Origin: Rhodospirillaceae bacterium
GTDB lineage: Bacteria; Pseudomonadota; Gammaproteobacteria; Steroidobacterales; Rariloculaceae
Assembly: GCA_024640685.1 (NCBI GenBank)
Contig: JAHEEN010000002.1
Span: forward strand, 11,395 to 75,394
Length of the DNA: 64,000 nt
Direction: 5' to 3'
The notes under the pieces are model-generated. The model had not been told where the DNA came from. It did no database searches and was given only the letters and a program-made list of their open reading frames with translations. A program made the position numbers and the translations under genes. Shown here in pieces: positions 29,450-39,852 of this stretch (its first letter is position 1; every line of letters begins with the position of its first letter).

Positions 29450-30733
29450 ATGCGAAACCAACCTGCCCGTCGCGTCGCTATCGTCGGCGGCCTACGCACG
29501 CCATTCTGCCGCGCGCATGGGCCGTACGCGCAATGCAGCAACCAAGACATGTTGACTGCGACGCTCGCAGCGCTGGTCTCCAAATACGACTTACACGGAC
29601 AGCGCCTTGGCGACGTCTCGGCCGGCGCCGTGATCAAGCACTCGCGCGATTACAACCTGACGCGTGAGAGCGTGCTGTCGTCGGGCCTCGCGCCCGAGAC
29701 GCCAGCGTTCGATATCCAACGCGCCTGCGGTACAAGCCTGTCGTCGGCTGTGCTGATCGCAAGCAAGATCTCGCTCGGTTTGATCGAGTCCGGGATCGCC
29801 GGCGGCACGGACAGCATCTCCGACATGCCGATCGTTTATCCGGACGCCTATCGTACGCTACTGATCGAAAGTGCTCGGGGCCGCACGCTGGGCGCAAAGA
29901 TCAAGCCATGGCTCAGCTTGCGGCCGCGCCATTTCAAACCGGAGTTTCCCGGTGTCATCGAGCCGCGAACGAAGTTGTCGATGGGCCAAAGCATGGAGCT
30001 GACAGCTAAGGCATGGCAACTGTCGCGCACCGAGCAGGACGAGCTCGCGCTCGCAAGCCACCAAAAAGCCGTACGCGCCTATGACGAAGGCTTCTACGAC
30101 GACCTCGTCATCGACTATCACGGCATGAATCGCGACAACAACGTGCGGCCGGGCACAAGCCTCCAGCAGCTCGGCAAGCTCAGACCCGTCTTCGATCGCA
30201 GCGACACCGGAACGATGACGGCCGGTAACAGCACGCCGTTGACGGACGGCGCCGCGGCAGCCTTGCTCGCGTCGGAGGACTGGGCGCGCGAACGCAACCT
30301 GCCGATACTCGCGTACCTGACTTACGCGAAGGTCGCCGCCGTCGACTTCGTCGCCAAAGAGGGGCTGCTAATGGCCCCGGCGTACGCGGTCTCTGCGATG
30401 CTCGACGACGCTGGGCTAGCACTGCAGGACTTCGATTACTACGAGATTCACGAGGCATTCGCGGCCCAAGCGCTGGCAACCTTGAGGGCATGGGAGTCGG
30501 CCGAGTTCTGTCGCGAGCGGCTCGGTCGCAGCGAGCCGCTGGGTGCGATCGACCGTGAAAAGCTCAACGTCAAAGGCGGCAGCGTTGCTATTGGGCACCC
30601 GTTTGCCGCAACCGGCGGGCGGCTGCTCGCGACTCTCGCCAAATTGCTGCATCAAAAGGGCTCCGGGCGCGGCTTGATTTCAGTCTGCACGGCCGGCGGC
30701 ATGGGCGTCACGGCAATTCTCGAGGCACCTTAG
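29450..30733 (+). CDS. acetyl-CoA C-acyltransferase (FadI-like 3-ketoacyl-CoA thiolase)
   Basis: Start ATG 29450 with AGGAG 9 nt upstream. RVAIVGGLRTPF, the active-site Cys in RACGTSLSS, and C-terminal NVKGGSVAIGHPFAATGGR and CTAGGMG. Confidence 0.88.
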   Translation: MRNQPARRVAIVGGLRTPFCRAHGPYAQCSNQDMLTATLAALVSKYDLHGQRLGDVSAGAVIKHSRDYNLTRESVLSSGLAPETPAFDIQRACGTSLSSAVLIASKISLGLIESGIAGGTDSISDMPIVYPDAYRTLLIESARGRTLGAKIKPWLSLRPRHFKPEFPGVIEPRTKLSMGQSMELTAKAWQLSRTEQDELALASHQKAVRAYDEGFYDDLVIDYHGMNRDNNVRPGTSLQQLGKLRPVFDRSDTGTMTAGNSTPLTDGAAAALLASEDWARERNLPILAYLTYAKVAAVDFVAKEGLLMAPAYAVSAMLDDAGLALQDFDYYEIHEAFAAQALATLRAWESAEFCRERLGRSEPLGAIDREKLNVKGGSVAIGHPFAATGGRLLATLAKLLHQKGSGRGLISVCTAGGMGVTAILEAP

Positions 30734-30758
30734 GCCGCCAGGTCGATGGAGCTCCGCC

Positions 30759-32480
30759 ATGGCTGAGTTCAGCGCTGCGATGACGGCACTCAACAACGTG
30801 CTGTGGCACGACAGCGTGTTGCTCGTCGTGCTCGGCACGGGCCTCCTGTTCACGGTCTGGAGCGGATTTAGCCAATACCGTGCGCTGACGCACGGTGTGC
30901 GCGTCCTGCGCGGTAGCTACGACGATCCGAGCGACCCCGGCGCGATCAATCACTTTCAAGCATTGTCGGCAGCGCTGTCGGCAACGGTCGGTCTAGGCAA
31001 CATCGGGGGTGTTGCGCTCGCGATAGCGCTCGGCGGCCCAGGGGCCGTGCTATGGATGTGGGTCGTCGGTGTCGTCGGCATGGCACTGAAGTTGACCGAA
31101 GTCAGTTTGTCGATGCTCTATCGCAATACGGACGACCCGGACAACCCGCACGGCGGGCCAATGTGGGTCGTCAGCAAAGGCCTTGCGCGAATGAATCCGA
31201 AGCTCGCAGGCCTCGGTCGTGCAATCGGCGTCGTGTTCTGCGTCACGCTGCTCGTCTCGACCGCGACGGGTGGCAACATGTTCCAGGCCTGGAACGTGGG
31301 CGAGATCACAGCCGAGTATTTTGGCGTGCCGAGCATCGCGACCGGTATCGTGCTGGCGCTGTTGGTCGGCATGGTCATCATCGGCGGCATCAAGCGCATC
31401 GGCGCTGTCGCCGGTCGACTCGTGCCGCTGATGGTGGCGCTGTACCTGCTCGCGGGGTTCTATGTGCTCGCTGTCAACGCGGACCAGATCCCGGCGATGT
31501 TCGCGTTGATCTTTCGTGCGGCATTCTCGCCGGTCGAGGGCACCGGTGCGTTTTTGGGCGGCACGGCGGGCTACGCGTTCCTGTACGGCATGAAGCGCGC
31601 ATTGTTCTCGAACGAAGCAGGCCAAGGATCGTCACCGATTGCTCACTCGGCGGCGAAAACCGACGAGCCGGTTCGCGAGGCGGTCGTCGCCGGCCTCGAG
31701 CCATTCATCGACACGATCGTCGTCTGCACGTTCACGTCACTGGTGATCTTGTCGACCGGCATCTGGAATCGCGCACCCGACGCGAACTTTGCGACGCCTC
31801 CTCGGGTATTACCGGTCGGCGCTGCCGAGTGGAGCCTCGAAACCCTACCGGCACCGGTACAAAACGCGTACGGCTGGCGTCCGGGCGACTCGGTATTTGT
31901 CATCTACGAGGGCGACGCCAATCCCGAGACCGGGAATCGGCTGCACCGGGTCGACGGGCGCATCGTCGCGGAGAACGGCCAGCTGTTGATCGAGTGGCCG
32001 AGCTTCGCGAGCGATGCCAGACCCGTCATTCGCGACACCGGCGTCTACGAGACCTATCTGGGCGCAACGCTGACGGCCAAGGCGTTCGATTCTGTGACGC
32101 CCGGACTCGGCAAGTGGCTCATCACGCTTGCGGCGTGGCTGTTCGCGGTATCGACGATGATCTCGTGGAGCTACTACGGCGAGCAGGGCTTTATTTATCT
32201 TTTCGGCGAACGCCATGTGCTCGCCTACAAGGTCGCGTTTTGTTCGCTGATCCTCGCTGCCACGTGGGGACGCATCGATTCCGCTAACGAACTCGACATC
32301 ATGACCGGCGTCGGTACCGGCGTCATGCTGTTCGCGAACATTCCGATACTGTGGGTGTTCGGCTCTCAGGCGATGCGCGCGTACGGCGATTACATGACGC
32401 GGCTCAAGACCGGCCGCATGGGGCCCGACCATCCGCCGCCGTCGCTCGAGGACCTGATCAGCGGCCGCGACGTTCGCTAG
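30759..32480 (+). CDS. alanine/glycine:cation symporter (AGCS) family transporter
   Basis: FQALSAALSATVGLGNIGGVA motif, FSNEAGQGSSPIAHSAAKT, and multiple TM helices. 573 aa, which is long for the family. Confidence 0.85.
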   Translation: MAEFSAAMTALNNVLWHDSVLLVVLGTGLLFTVWSGFSQYRALTHGVRVLRGSYDDPSDPGAINHFQALSAALSATVGLGNIGGVALAIALGGPGAVLWMWVVGVVGMALKLTEVSLSMLYRNTDDPDNPHGGPMWVVSKGLARMNPKLAGLGRAIGVVFCVTLLVSTATGGNMFQAWNVGEITAEYFGVPSIATGIVLALLVGMVIIGGIKRIGAVAGRLVPLMVALYLLAGFYVLAVNADQIPAMFALIFRAAFSPVEGTGAFLGGTAGYAFLYGMKRALFSNEAGQGSSPIAHSAAKTDEPVREAVVAGLEPFIDTIVVCTFTSLVILSTGIWNRAPDANFATPPRVLPVGAAEWSLETLPAPVQNAYGWRPGDSVFVIYEGDANPETGNRLHRVDGRIVAENGQLLIEWPSFASDARPVIRDTGVYETYLGATLTAKAFDSVTPGLGKWLITLAAWLFAVSTMISWSYYGEQGFIYLFGERHVLAYKVAFCSLILAATWGRIDSANELDIMTGVGTGVMLFANIPILWVFGSQAMRAYGDYMTRLKTGRMGPDHPPPSLEDLISGRDVR

Positions 32481-33409
32481 CTCGGTAAGGTCCCCGCTGC
32501 CCATAGCGTGTAAGCGACGAGCAGCGGCATTAGCACGACCGCAAGCAACGTCGACACGAGCACGATACCGGCAACGTCCTCGGAATCGCGGCCGTAGCGG
32601 GCCGAGAACAGATAGCATACGAGCGCCGTCGGCATACCGCCGTGCAACAGCAGCACGCCTCGCGCGATGCCGGTCAGCCCGAACAGCGCCGCAACGGTTG
32701 CAGCGACAACGAAACCCAACGCCATCCGCGCCAAACCGAGGCCCACGGCTACCGGTAAGCGCTTGACGCGGAATTCGGCAAGCGAGAAGCCGAGCGTCAA
32801 CAACGACAGCGGGATTGCGATGCCAGCCAGTAGCTCGATCGTCGCGGCCAGCCACGCCGGCAACGCCGTTTGCGTCGCGAGCAGCGTGACGCCTATCGCG
32901 GAGCTATAGACGACCGGCGTCGTCGCAAGAACCTTCAGCGCTGGCCTGCCGTCCTGCAGCGCGGGTGCGAGAGTAAACTGGATGACGACGGCCGTCAGAA
33001 ACACGCCCGCCGACAAGCCGAGACCGGTCTCACCGAACGCGAGGAAGCTCAGCGGCAACGCAAGGTTGCCTGCATTGCCGAACGTCAGGCTCGGCAGGAA
33101 CGAGCGTAACGGCAGGCGAGCGAGCCGCAGCACGAGCGCCGCGAGCATCGCGGTCAGCGCAAACATCACGGACGCGCTGAGCAACATCTCGAGCAGATCC
33201 GCGACCGGAAGCTCCAGACTCGCGATGCTGTCGACGACGAGACACGGCGTTGCGACGTTGATGACGAGCCGCGTAACGAAATCGCGGTCCAGTGGAAAGC
33301 CCAGCTTTGCCCAGCCGTAGCCGATCGATGCGACGATGAAGACCGGCAACAGGATACCGGCCACAATCGCGATCATCGCGTCCAATCCCCACAATATAGC
33401 CGACGACAT
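32477..33409 (-). CDS. AEC (auxin efflux carrier) family transporter
   Basis: About 10 TM helices in a 5+5 arrangement. N-terminus ILLPVFIVASIGYGWAKLG is typical of AEC/MdcF-like permeases. Confidence 0.7.
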   Translation of the reverse strand: MSSAILWGLDAMIAIVAGILLPVFIVASIGYGWAKLGFPLDRDFVTRLVINVATPCLVVDSIASLELPVADLLEMLLSASVMFALTAMLAALVLRLARLPLRSFLPSLTFGNAGNLALPLSFLAFGETGLGLSAGVFLTAVVIQFTLAPALQDGRPALKVLATTPVVYSSAIGVTLLATQTALPAWLAATIELLAGIAIPLSLLTLGFSLAEFRVKRLPVAVGLGLARMALGFVVAATVAALFGLTGIARGVLLLHGGMPTALVCYLFSARYGRDSEDVAGIVLVSTLLAVVLMPLLVAYTLWAAGTLPS

Positions 33410-33565
33410 CGGCGCGGGCGCATCACGGTCCTCAGCGGTACCTGCACAGGTTTCGTTGTCTCAGTCTTTGCAGTTGACATTTCCGCCGGCTGACTTTCGG
33501 TGCGTCGTCGAGCGCGGGATTCTGACAGAATAGACTCGCGCGCGCCCCGTCGGAGCGCATTGTGG

Positions 33566-34300
33566 ATGACGCCGATGCTCGGCAGTTTCTTGGAAATCGG
33601 TATCGGAGCACGAGACATCGGCGCGACGTACGACGAGCTTCAAGCCCTCGGCTTTACGCCGGTCACACCCGGTGACATGCGCGGCAACGGCTACGCAGTC
33701 GTCTCGGATGGCGATATCTATTTCGGGCTCTACGATGGTGAGCAAGAAACTGCAACGTTGACGTTCGTGCGTCCCGATTTAGCAAGCTACGTGCGCGCGC
33801 TGCGGCGACGCAGAGTCGAAATCGACTTCTCGTCGCTCGGCGAGCAAGATTTTCACGAGCTCGGCTTCAGCGATCCCGACGGCCACCGCATCACACTCGT
33901 CGAGGCGCGGACCTTTTCTCCGATCGTCGCCGATCAGAGCGTTTCGTCGACGTGCGGCAAGTTTTTCGAGCTCAGCATCGCCGTCAGATCGCTAACGGCG
34001 TCGCGCGAATTCTGGCTCGGATTAGGCTGTGACGTCGCGTCAGACGGCGACGAGCCACATCCTTGGTGCCGCATCGACGCAGCGGGATTGGCCATCGGTC
34101 TGCACGAGACCGCCGCGTTCGAGTCCGGGCCCTGCTTCCAAGCGACACAGCTCAACGCCCGCATCGAGTTTCTGCGCGCCAAAGGCTTCGCGGTCCAGCA
34201 TCGTGCTCCACAGGCGGTCGGAGGCCAGCGTTGCGCGACGATCTCGACCGGCGCTACGACACCGTTTTATTTGCTGGCCAATCCTACTTCATCGAACTGA
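33566..34300 (+). CDS. VOC (glyoxalase/bleomycin-resistance-like) family protein, two-domain
   Basis: Two repeats of the beta-alpha-beta-beta-beta pattern (FLEIGIGARDI...FSDPDGHRITLVE; FFELSIAVRSL...). Start set at ATG 33566. Confidence 0.55.
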   Translation: MTPMLGSFLEIGIGARDIGATYDELQALGFTPVTPGDMRGNGYAVVSDGDIYFGLYDGEQETATLTFVRPDLASYVRALRRRRVEIDFSSLGEQDFHELGFSDPDGHRITLVEARTFSPIVADQSVSSTCGKFFELSIAVRSLTASREFWLGLGCDVASDGDEPHPWCRIDAAGLAIGLHETAAFESGPCFQATQLNARIEFLRAKGFAVQHRAPQAVGGQRCATISTGATTPFYLLANPTSSN

Positions 34301-34308
34301 TCGACAGA

Positions 34309-35187
34309 TCAACGCGAGTAGCCGAGCGCCTCCAACGACGCGGTGAGCTGCCGGAGATAGCTACGGCCGAATAGGTTGAAGTGATTCAGCAAATGATAGA
34401 GGTTGTAGGCGATCGCCCTTCGCTCCCAGCCATCCGGCAACGGCCACTCCGCGCAATAGGCGTCGTAAAACGCTGGCCCGAAGCCGCCAAACAGCCGAGT
34501 CATCGCAATATCGACCTCTCTATCGGCATAGTGCACAGCCGGATCGAATAACACGGGCTCGGCGTTATCGGTTGCCGCCCAATTGCCGCCCCAGAGATCG
34601 CCGTGCACCAGCGACGGCTGGATCGGATGCGCGCCAACCACGCGGTCGAGATCATCGATTAGCGACGCAACGGCGCGGCTAGCTTCCAGGGGCAGCCCTG
34701 CGTCGACTGCGAGCTCGAGCTGATGCTTAAGGCGACGCTCGGCAAAGAACGAAACCCAATCGGACGACATAGTGTTCGGTTGCGGCGTCGCCCCGATTCG
34801 GTTGTCGTGCTTCCAACCGTAGGCGTCGGCCGTCGCACGATGGAGCTGCGCGAGCCCGCGGCCGAGTGAGCGCTCCGCCATTGCCGACGGAGCTTGAAAC
34901 TCGATCCACTCGAGCGCTAGGAATGCAGCGTCAGCCGACGTTCCAGTCGCGAGAACCTCGGGCACGCGCACGCCGCCAGCGTGGCGCAATGCATCGAGGC
35001 CGAGAGCCTCGACCTCGAGCATCGGCAGCGCAGCGTGCGCGACAAGCTTGACGAAGATCGGCGCGGGCGTCGCCTCGACTCGGTAAGCGCGATCTATCGA
35101 GCCGCCCGACACGGGTGAGGCGCGGCCCTGCACGATACGAATGCCCGCGCAGCGCTCGATCTCGTCGAATAACGCCTCAATGGTCAT
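34309..35187 (-). CDS. fructosamine/ketosamine-3-kinase family protein
   Basis: Aminoglycoside-kinase-like core LVHGDLWGGNW and DPAVHYADREVDIAMT. 292 aa. Confidence 0.8.
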   Translation of the reverse strand: MTIEALFDEIERCAGIRIVQGRASPVSGGSIDRAYRVEATPAPIFVKLVAHAALPMLEVEALGLDALRHAGGVRVPEVLATGTSADAAFLALEWIEFQAPSAMAERSLGRGLAQLHRATADAYGWKHDNRIGATPQPNTMSSDWVSFFAERRLKHQLELAVDAGLPLEASRAVASLIDDLDRVVGAHPIQPSLVHGDLWGGNWAATDNAEPVLFDPAVHYADREVDIAMTRLFGGFGPAFYDAYCAEWPLPDGWERRAIAYNLYHLLNHFNLFGRSYLRQLTASLEALGYSR

Positions 35188-35342
35188 GATCCGTCGTCGT
35201 CGAAGCCTTCGGGCGCACCGGCCGGGATTGCAGATGGCATGCTAGCCCGGCGACAGCCGCCGGCAAAGACCAAGCCTTCAACAGCGGGGTCGAGCTGAGT
35301 TAGAACTTGCCGTGAAACTCGAAGAAAGATTCGCTCGTCGGT

Positions 35343-35822
35343 CTAGAGCTCGAGATCCGACAATCCCGGATGATCGTCCGGCCGGCGACCGAGCGGCCAG
35401 TGATATTTGCGCTCGTTCTCTGCAATCGGCAGATCGTTGATGCTGGCGACGCGATGGCGCATCAGCCCATGCTCGTCGAACTCCCAGTTCTCGTTGCCGT
35501 AGGAGCGAAACCAGTGACCGGAGTCGTCGTGCCATTCATAGGCGAATCGCACCGCGATGCGGTTGTCCCTGTATGCCCAGAGCTCCTTGATCAACCGATA
35601 GTCGAGCTCGCGGGCCCATTTGCGGCGTAGGAACTCGACGATCTGCTCGCGGCCCTCGACAAACTCGGCGCGGTTTCGCCAGACGCTATCAGGCGAGTAA
35701 GCCAACGACACGCGCTCGGGATCGCGCGAGTTCCACGCATCCTCGGCGAGACGAATCTTCTTGACTGCGCTATCGAGATCGAACGGCGGCAGCGGCGGAC
35801 GCGGTTCTATGGTTTCGGACAC
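35343..35822 (-). CDS. DUF1348 (NTF2-like) family protein
   Basis: [45 protein letters not shown] is the DUF1348 pattern. Start set at GTG 35822 (AGGAG 7 nt upstream). Confidence 0.72.
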   Translation of the reverse strand: MSETIEPRPPLPPFDLDSAVKKIRLAEDAWNSRDPERVSLAYSPDSVWRNRAEFVEGREQIVEFLRRKWARELDYRLIKELWAYRDNRIAVRFAYEWHDDSGHWFRSYGNENWEFDEHGLMRHRVASINDLPIAENERKYHWPLGRRPDDHPGLSDLEL

Positions 35823-35941
35823 AAGCTCTCTCCTCTGTGCGCAACGCGGCACGAATAACGACCCAGTGATCCAAACGTTTATTACCGCAGCCGAGCACGC
35901 CGTCGTTGCTCCGCGACGGCCGTCCGCCGACCAAGGCCAGG

Positions 35942-36589
35942 CTAACGCCGATTCGGCACTGCGAGCACGGGCTGGCGACCGCCGCCCATAAGACCGCTGA
36001 GCCGCGCGTGCAATGGCGACGTTCGCGGGAAATGCGTCAGCAAATAGGCCATCTGATCAGCCAATACTCGCCGGCCCTTTAGATAGATATACTCGGCATA
36101 CGTTGGCGTAAACGGCACGGCGACGAGCTGCATGGCCGCTTGCTCCGGCGTCTTGCCGCCTTTGTGATTGTTGCAGCGCCGGCACGCGGCAACGACATTC
36201 ATCCAGACGTCGCGCCCACCTTGGCTGAGCGGCGTGATGTGATCCCGCGTCAGGTCCGACGTGCGAAATGGCAGCGCACAGTACATGCAGAGATTGCCGT
36301 CGCGACGGAACAGCGTGCGATTGTTGAGCGGCGGCGAATAGTTCCCGGTATTGCGCTCGAGACTGTGGGTGTTGCCGTGCGTTGCGATGATCGAGCTGAC
36401 ATCGACGACGCTGCGCAGCCCGGTCAGCGCATTGATGCCGCCGCGAACCGTGTAGATCGATTTGCCGCAGGCATACGCGACCTGCTCGGTATGATAGAGC
36501 CGCACCGCGTCGCGGTAGTCGATCCATTCAAGAGGCATGCCCGCGACGTCGGTTCGCAACACCTCTTGGGATACGGAGTATCGCTCCAT
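35942..36589 (-). CDS. HNH endonuclease with uncharacterised N-terminal domain
   Basis: HNH/zinc motif CMYCALPF...[13 protein letters not shown]...[18 protein letters not shown] in the central region. I do not recognise the ~100 N-terminal residues. Confidence 0.8.
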   Translation of the reverse strand: MERYSVSQEVLRTDVAGMPLEWIDYRDAVRLYHTEQVAYACGKSIYTVRGGINALTGLRSVVDVSSIIATHGNTHSLERNTGNYSPPLNNRTLFRRDGNLCMYCALPFRTSDLTRDHITPLSQGGRDVWMNVVAACRRCNNHKGGKTPEQAAMQLVAVPFTPTYAEYIYLKGRRVLADQMAYLLTHFPRTSPLHARLSGLMGGGRQPVLAVPNRR

Positions 36590-36706
36590 GCTGTCGTGCC
36601 GGGTTCGAACTCGGCGCGAGCAAGTGTCCCTGAGTCCGCAGGGATATGCAATGCCCAGCGCACCTCCCCGCTGGCAGTCATCGAACTGTCAGAAAGCAGC
36701 GAAATA

Positions 36707-38095
36707 TCAGAGGCTTTTCAGCACCGCATCGAGGCTCTCACGGGCATCGCCGAACAACATCCGAGTGTTGTCCTTGAAGAACAGCGGATTTTGCACACCT
36801 GCATACCCGGTAGCCATGCTGCGCTTCAATACGACGGTCGTGCCGCCTTTCCAGACCTCGAGCACGGGCATGCCGGCGATCGGACTATCCGGATCGGTCT
36901 GCGCGGACGGATTGACGATGTCATTCGCACCGATGATGACCGAGACGTCGACATCCGGAAAATCGTCGTTGATCTCGTCCATCTCGAAGACGATGTCGTA
37001 CGGGACGTGTGCCTCGGCGAGCAGCACGTTCATGTGCCCCGGCATTCGTCCGGCGACTGGATGAATGCCAAACCGCACATTGACGCCCTTGTCGCGCAAC
37101 ACACGAGTGATCTCGTAGACGATGTGCTGCGCCTGCGCAACCGCCATGCCGTAACCGGGCACGATCATGACCTCTTTGGCATCCGCGAGCATTGACGCAA
37201 CTTCGGCCGCCTCGACGGGCACGACCTCGCCCTGATCCTCGCTACTGGCCGACGAGCCGCCCGACGTGCCGAAGCCGCCGGCAATGACCGCGAGAAATTT
37301 GCGATTCATCGCGCGGCACATGATGTAACTCAAAATCGCGCCACTCGAGCCGACGAGTGCGCCCGTGACGATCAACAAATCGTTGCTGAGCATGAAACCT
37401 GTCGCCGATGCGGCCCAGCCCGAATAGCTGTTCAGCATCGACACAACGACGGGCATATCAGCACCGCCGATCGCCATGACCATGTGGATACCGAGCACCA
37501 GCGCGATCGCTGTCATGATGATCAACGGCATCATGCCTTCGCCGATTGGCGAGCCTGCAACGAACTCCCTGCCGAACCAAATCATCGCGATGACGAGCAC
37601 GAGATTGAGCCAGTGGCGCGCAGGCAGCATCAGCGGCTTGCCGCTGATCTTGCCGCTAAGCTTGCCGAATGCGATCACGGATCCGGAAAACGTCACGGCG
37701 CCGATCAAAACGCCGATGTACGTCTCGATGTCGTGGATCACGAGCTCGACGCCCGTGAAGTGCACGTTGGGGTCCATGAAGTTCGCAAAACCGACGAGTA
37801 CCGCGGCGAGCCCGACGAGACTATGCAGAATCGCGACGAGCTCCGGCATTTGCGTCATCTGCACGCGACGCGCGAGCATGAAGCCGGTCGCACCGCCAAC
37901 GACGAGCGCGCCCAACAGCAGCCCGTAGTTCTCAGTGACGACGCCGAGCATCGTCGCGAGCAACGCAATGCTCATGCCGACGATGCCGTACAGATTGCCG
38001 CGCCGAGCAGTCTCGGGATGGCTCAATCCGCCGAGCGCGAGTATGAAAAGAATGGTTGCTCCAATGTAGGAGACGGTGACGATTCCTTGCGACAT
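36707..38095 (-). CDS. pntB: NAD(P) transhydrogenase subunit beta
   Basis: N-terminal multi-TM domain plus C-terminal NADP(H)-binding dIII ([40 protein letters not shown]). Confidence 0.93.
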   Translation of the reverse strand: MSQGIVTVSYIGATILFILALGGLSHPETARRGNLYGIVGMSIALLATMLGVVTENYGLLLGALVVGGATGFMLARRVQMTQMPELVAILHSLVGLAAVLVGFANFMDPNVHFTGVELVIHDIETYIGVLIGAVTFSGSVIAFGKLSGKISGKPLMLPARHWLNLVLVIAMIWFGREFVAGSPIGEGMMPLIIMTAIALVLGIHMVMAIGGADMPVVVSMLNSYSGWAASATGFMLSNDLLIVTGALVGSSGAILSYIMCRAMNRKFLAVIAGGFGTSGGSSASSEDQGEVVPVEAAEVASMLADAKEVMIVPGYGMAVAQAQHIVYEITRVLRDKGVNVRFGIHPVAGRMPGHMNVLLAEAHVPYDIVFEMDEINDDFPDVDVSVIIGANDIVNPSAQTDPDSPIAGMPVLEVWKGGTTVVLKRSMATGYAGVQNPLFFKDNTRMLFGDARESLDAVLKSL

Positions 38096-38104
38096 GCCTC
38101 TCTC

Positions 38105-39640
38105 CTACTTCTGGAACATCTGCAGCATGCGCCGCGTCACTGCGAAGCCGCCGGCGATGTTGATACTCGTGATCAACACCGTGATGCCGGCAATCCACAT
38201 GATCGTGCTCTCGCCCGAGCTGATCTGCAGCAATGCGCCGATGATGATGATGCTCGAGATCGCATTCGTCACGCTCATCAGCGGCGTATGCAGCGCTGGC
38301 GTCACGTTCCAGATCACCATGTAGCCGATGAAGCACGCGAGCACGAACACCGTGAAATGCGCCATGAACGACGCGGGCGCGACGGCGCCGAGTCCGAACA
38401 ATGCCAGGCCACCGATACCGAACGTCAAGAGCGGTGCGAGCCACGCCGGTGCCTCCGGTTTCGGCGGCGGCGGCGGTGCCGGCTCTTGCGCAGGCTTAGG
38501 CGGTGCGGCGCTGAGCTTCGGTGCCGGCGGCGGCCACGTGACCTCGTTGTCCTTGACGACCGTCGCCCCACGGATGACTTCGTCCTCCATATCGACGACC
38601 AGCTGGCCATCCTTCTCGGGGCACATATCCGTCAGCAGATGCCGCAGATTCGTGCCGTAGAGCTGACTGGACTGTGCCGCTAAGCGGCTCGGCAAATCGG
38701 TGTAGCCGATGATCGCGACGCCATGGGCGTCGACGACCTCGTTCGGCTGCGTGAGCTCGCAGTTACCGCCCTGCTCGGCGGCCAAGTCGACGACGACGCT
38801 ACCGGGCTTCATTGACTTGACCATGTCGGCAGTAATGAGCCGTGGTGCAGGTTTGCCGGGGATCAACGCGGTCGTAATGATGATGTCGACGTCTCTGGCC
38901 TGCTCGGCAAAGAGCGCCATCTCCGCCTTGATGAACTCCTCGCTCATGACCTTCGCGTAGCCGCCGACGCCTGCGCCCTCCTCCTCGAACTCGAGCATCA
39001 GGAACTCGCCGTCCATGCTCTCGACCTGCTCTTTGACCTCGGGGCGTGTGTCGAATGCACGTACGATCGCGCCCAGGCTCTTAGCTGCGCCGATCGCGGC
39101 GAGCCCCGCGACGCCGGCGCCGATCACGAGGACCTTCGCCGGCGGAACTTTGCCGGCGGCCGTGATCTGGCCGGTGAAAAAACGACCGAAGTGCTGTGCG
39201 GCTTCGACGACGGCTCGATAACCCGCGATATTTGCCATCGAGCTCAACGCATCCATTTTCTGCGCGCGCGAGATTCTCGGCACGCTATCCATCGCGAGCG
39301 TCGTGACGCCACGCCCTGACAATACCTCGAGCAACGCCGGATTCTGCGCTGGCCATAGGAAAGACACGAGTACCTGGCCGCTACGTAGCAGGGCCGTCTC
39401 CGAATCGCTCGGTGCCCTGACCTTTAGAACGATATCGCTGCCGCCCCACAGCGCCGCCGTCTCCGCAACAATCTCGGCACCCGCTTCGCGAAACGCATCG
39501 TCAGAAAAGCTGGCCGAGTCGCCTGCGCCGGACTCGACGGCGACGTCGAAACCGAGTCCGATCAGTTGCGCCGCGACGTCGGGTGTTGCCGCAACACGGC
39601 GCTCGCCGGCGAAAGTTTCCTTGGGGATACCGATTTTCAT
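38105..39640 (-). CDS. pntA: NAD(P) transhydrogenase subunit alpha (fused dI + TM part)
   Basis: [20 protein letters not shown], Rossmann [15 protein letters not shown], a Pro-rich linker and C-terminal TM helices. Start ATG 39640 with AGGAG 7 nt upstream; the track ORF extends to 39727. Confidence 0.92.
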   Translation of the reverse strand: MKIGIPKETFAGERRVAATPDVAAQLIGLGFDVAVESGAGDSASFSDDAFREAGAEIVAETAALWGGSDIVLKVRAPSDSETALLRSGQVLVSFLWPAQNPALLEVLSGRGVTTLAMDSVPRISRAQKMDALSSMANIAGYRAVVEAAQHFGRFFTGQITAAGKVPPAKVLVIGAGVAGLAAIGAAKSLGAIVRAFDTRPEVKEQVESMDGEFLMLEFEEEGAGVGGYAKVMSEEFIKAEMALFAEQARDVDIIITTALIPGKPAPRLITADMVKSMKPGSVVVDLAAEQGGNCELTQPNEVVDAHGVAIIGYTDLPSRLAAQSSQLYGTNLRHLLTDMCPEKDGQLVVDMEDEVIRGATVVKDNEVTWPPPAPKLSAAPPKPAQEPAPPPPPKPEAPAWLAPLLTFGIGGLALFGLGAVAPASFMAHFTVFVLACFIGYMVIWNVTPALHTPLMSVTNAISSIIIIGALLQISSGESTIMWIAGITVLITSINIAGGFAVTRRMLQMFQK

Positions 39641-39852
39641 ACCGCTGCTCCTGCCTGCCGGGCATTGCCGGCGCGCACTGCTTGGGTGAATTGTGTTCAG
39701 TTGCCGTTGGCGGTGACCCGGCAGCACGGCGGCCCGAGCCCAGGTCCGTCATCGATGCAGGCGCGATTGTAAACAAATCGGCGCGCGCGGTCTCAGCTCG
39801 TCGCGACGGTGTCGGGGTGGGCGGGAGAGGTTAGCCCGGTGGGATCTCCAGG

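Noticed and set aside
36590-36660. tRNA-like GGTTCGAAC (T-loop-like) sequence in the HNH/pntB gap
   Set aside because: The putative T-arm would need an 8-nt loop and a G-U pair. No complementary acceptor-stem partner for GCGAGCA occurs ~65 nt upstream, and the upstream part overlaps the HNH coding start. It is better read as a palindrome.
36140-38683. Plus-strand ORFs 36140..37195 (351 aa) and 37484..38683 (399 aa)
   Set aside because: They are antisense to the HNH, pntB and pntA genes. Their composition is dominated by R/D/H/A runs, and there is no motif support.
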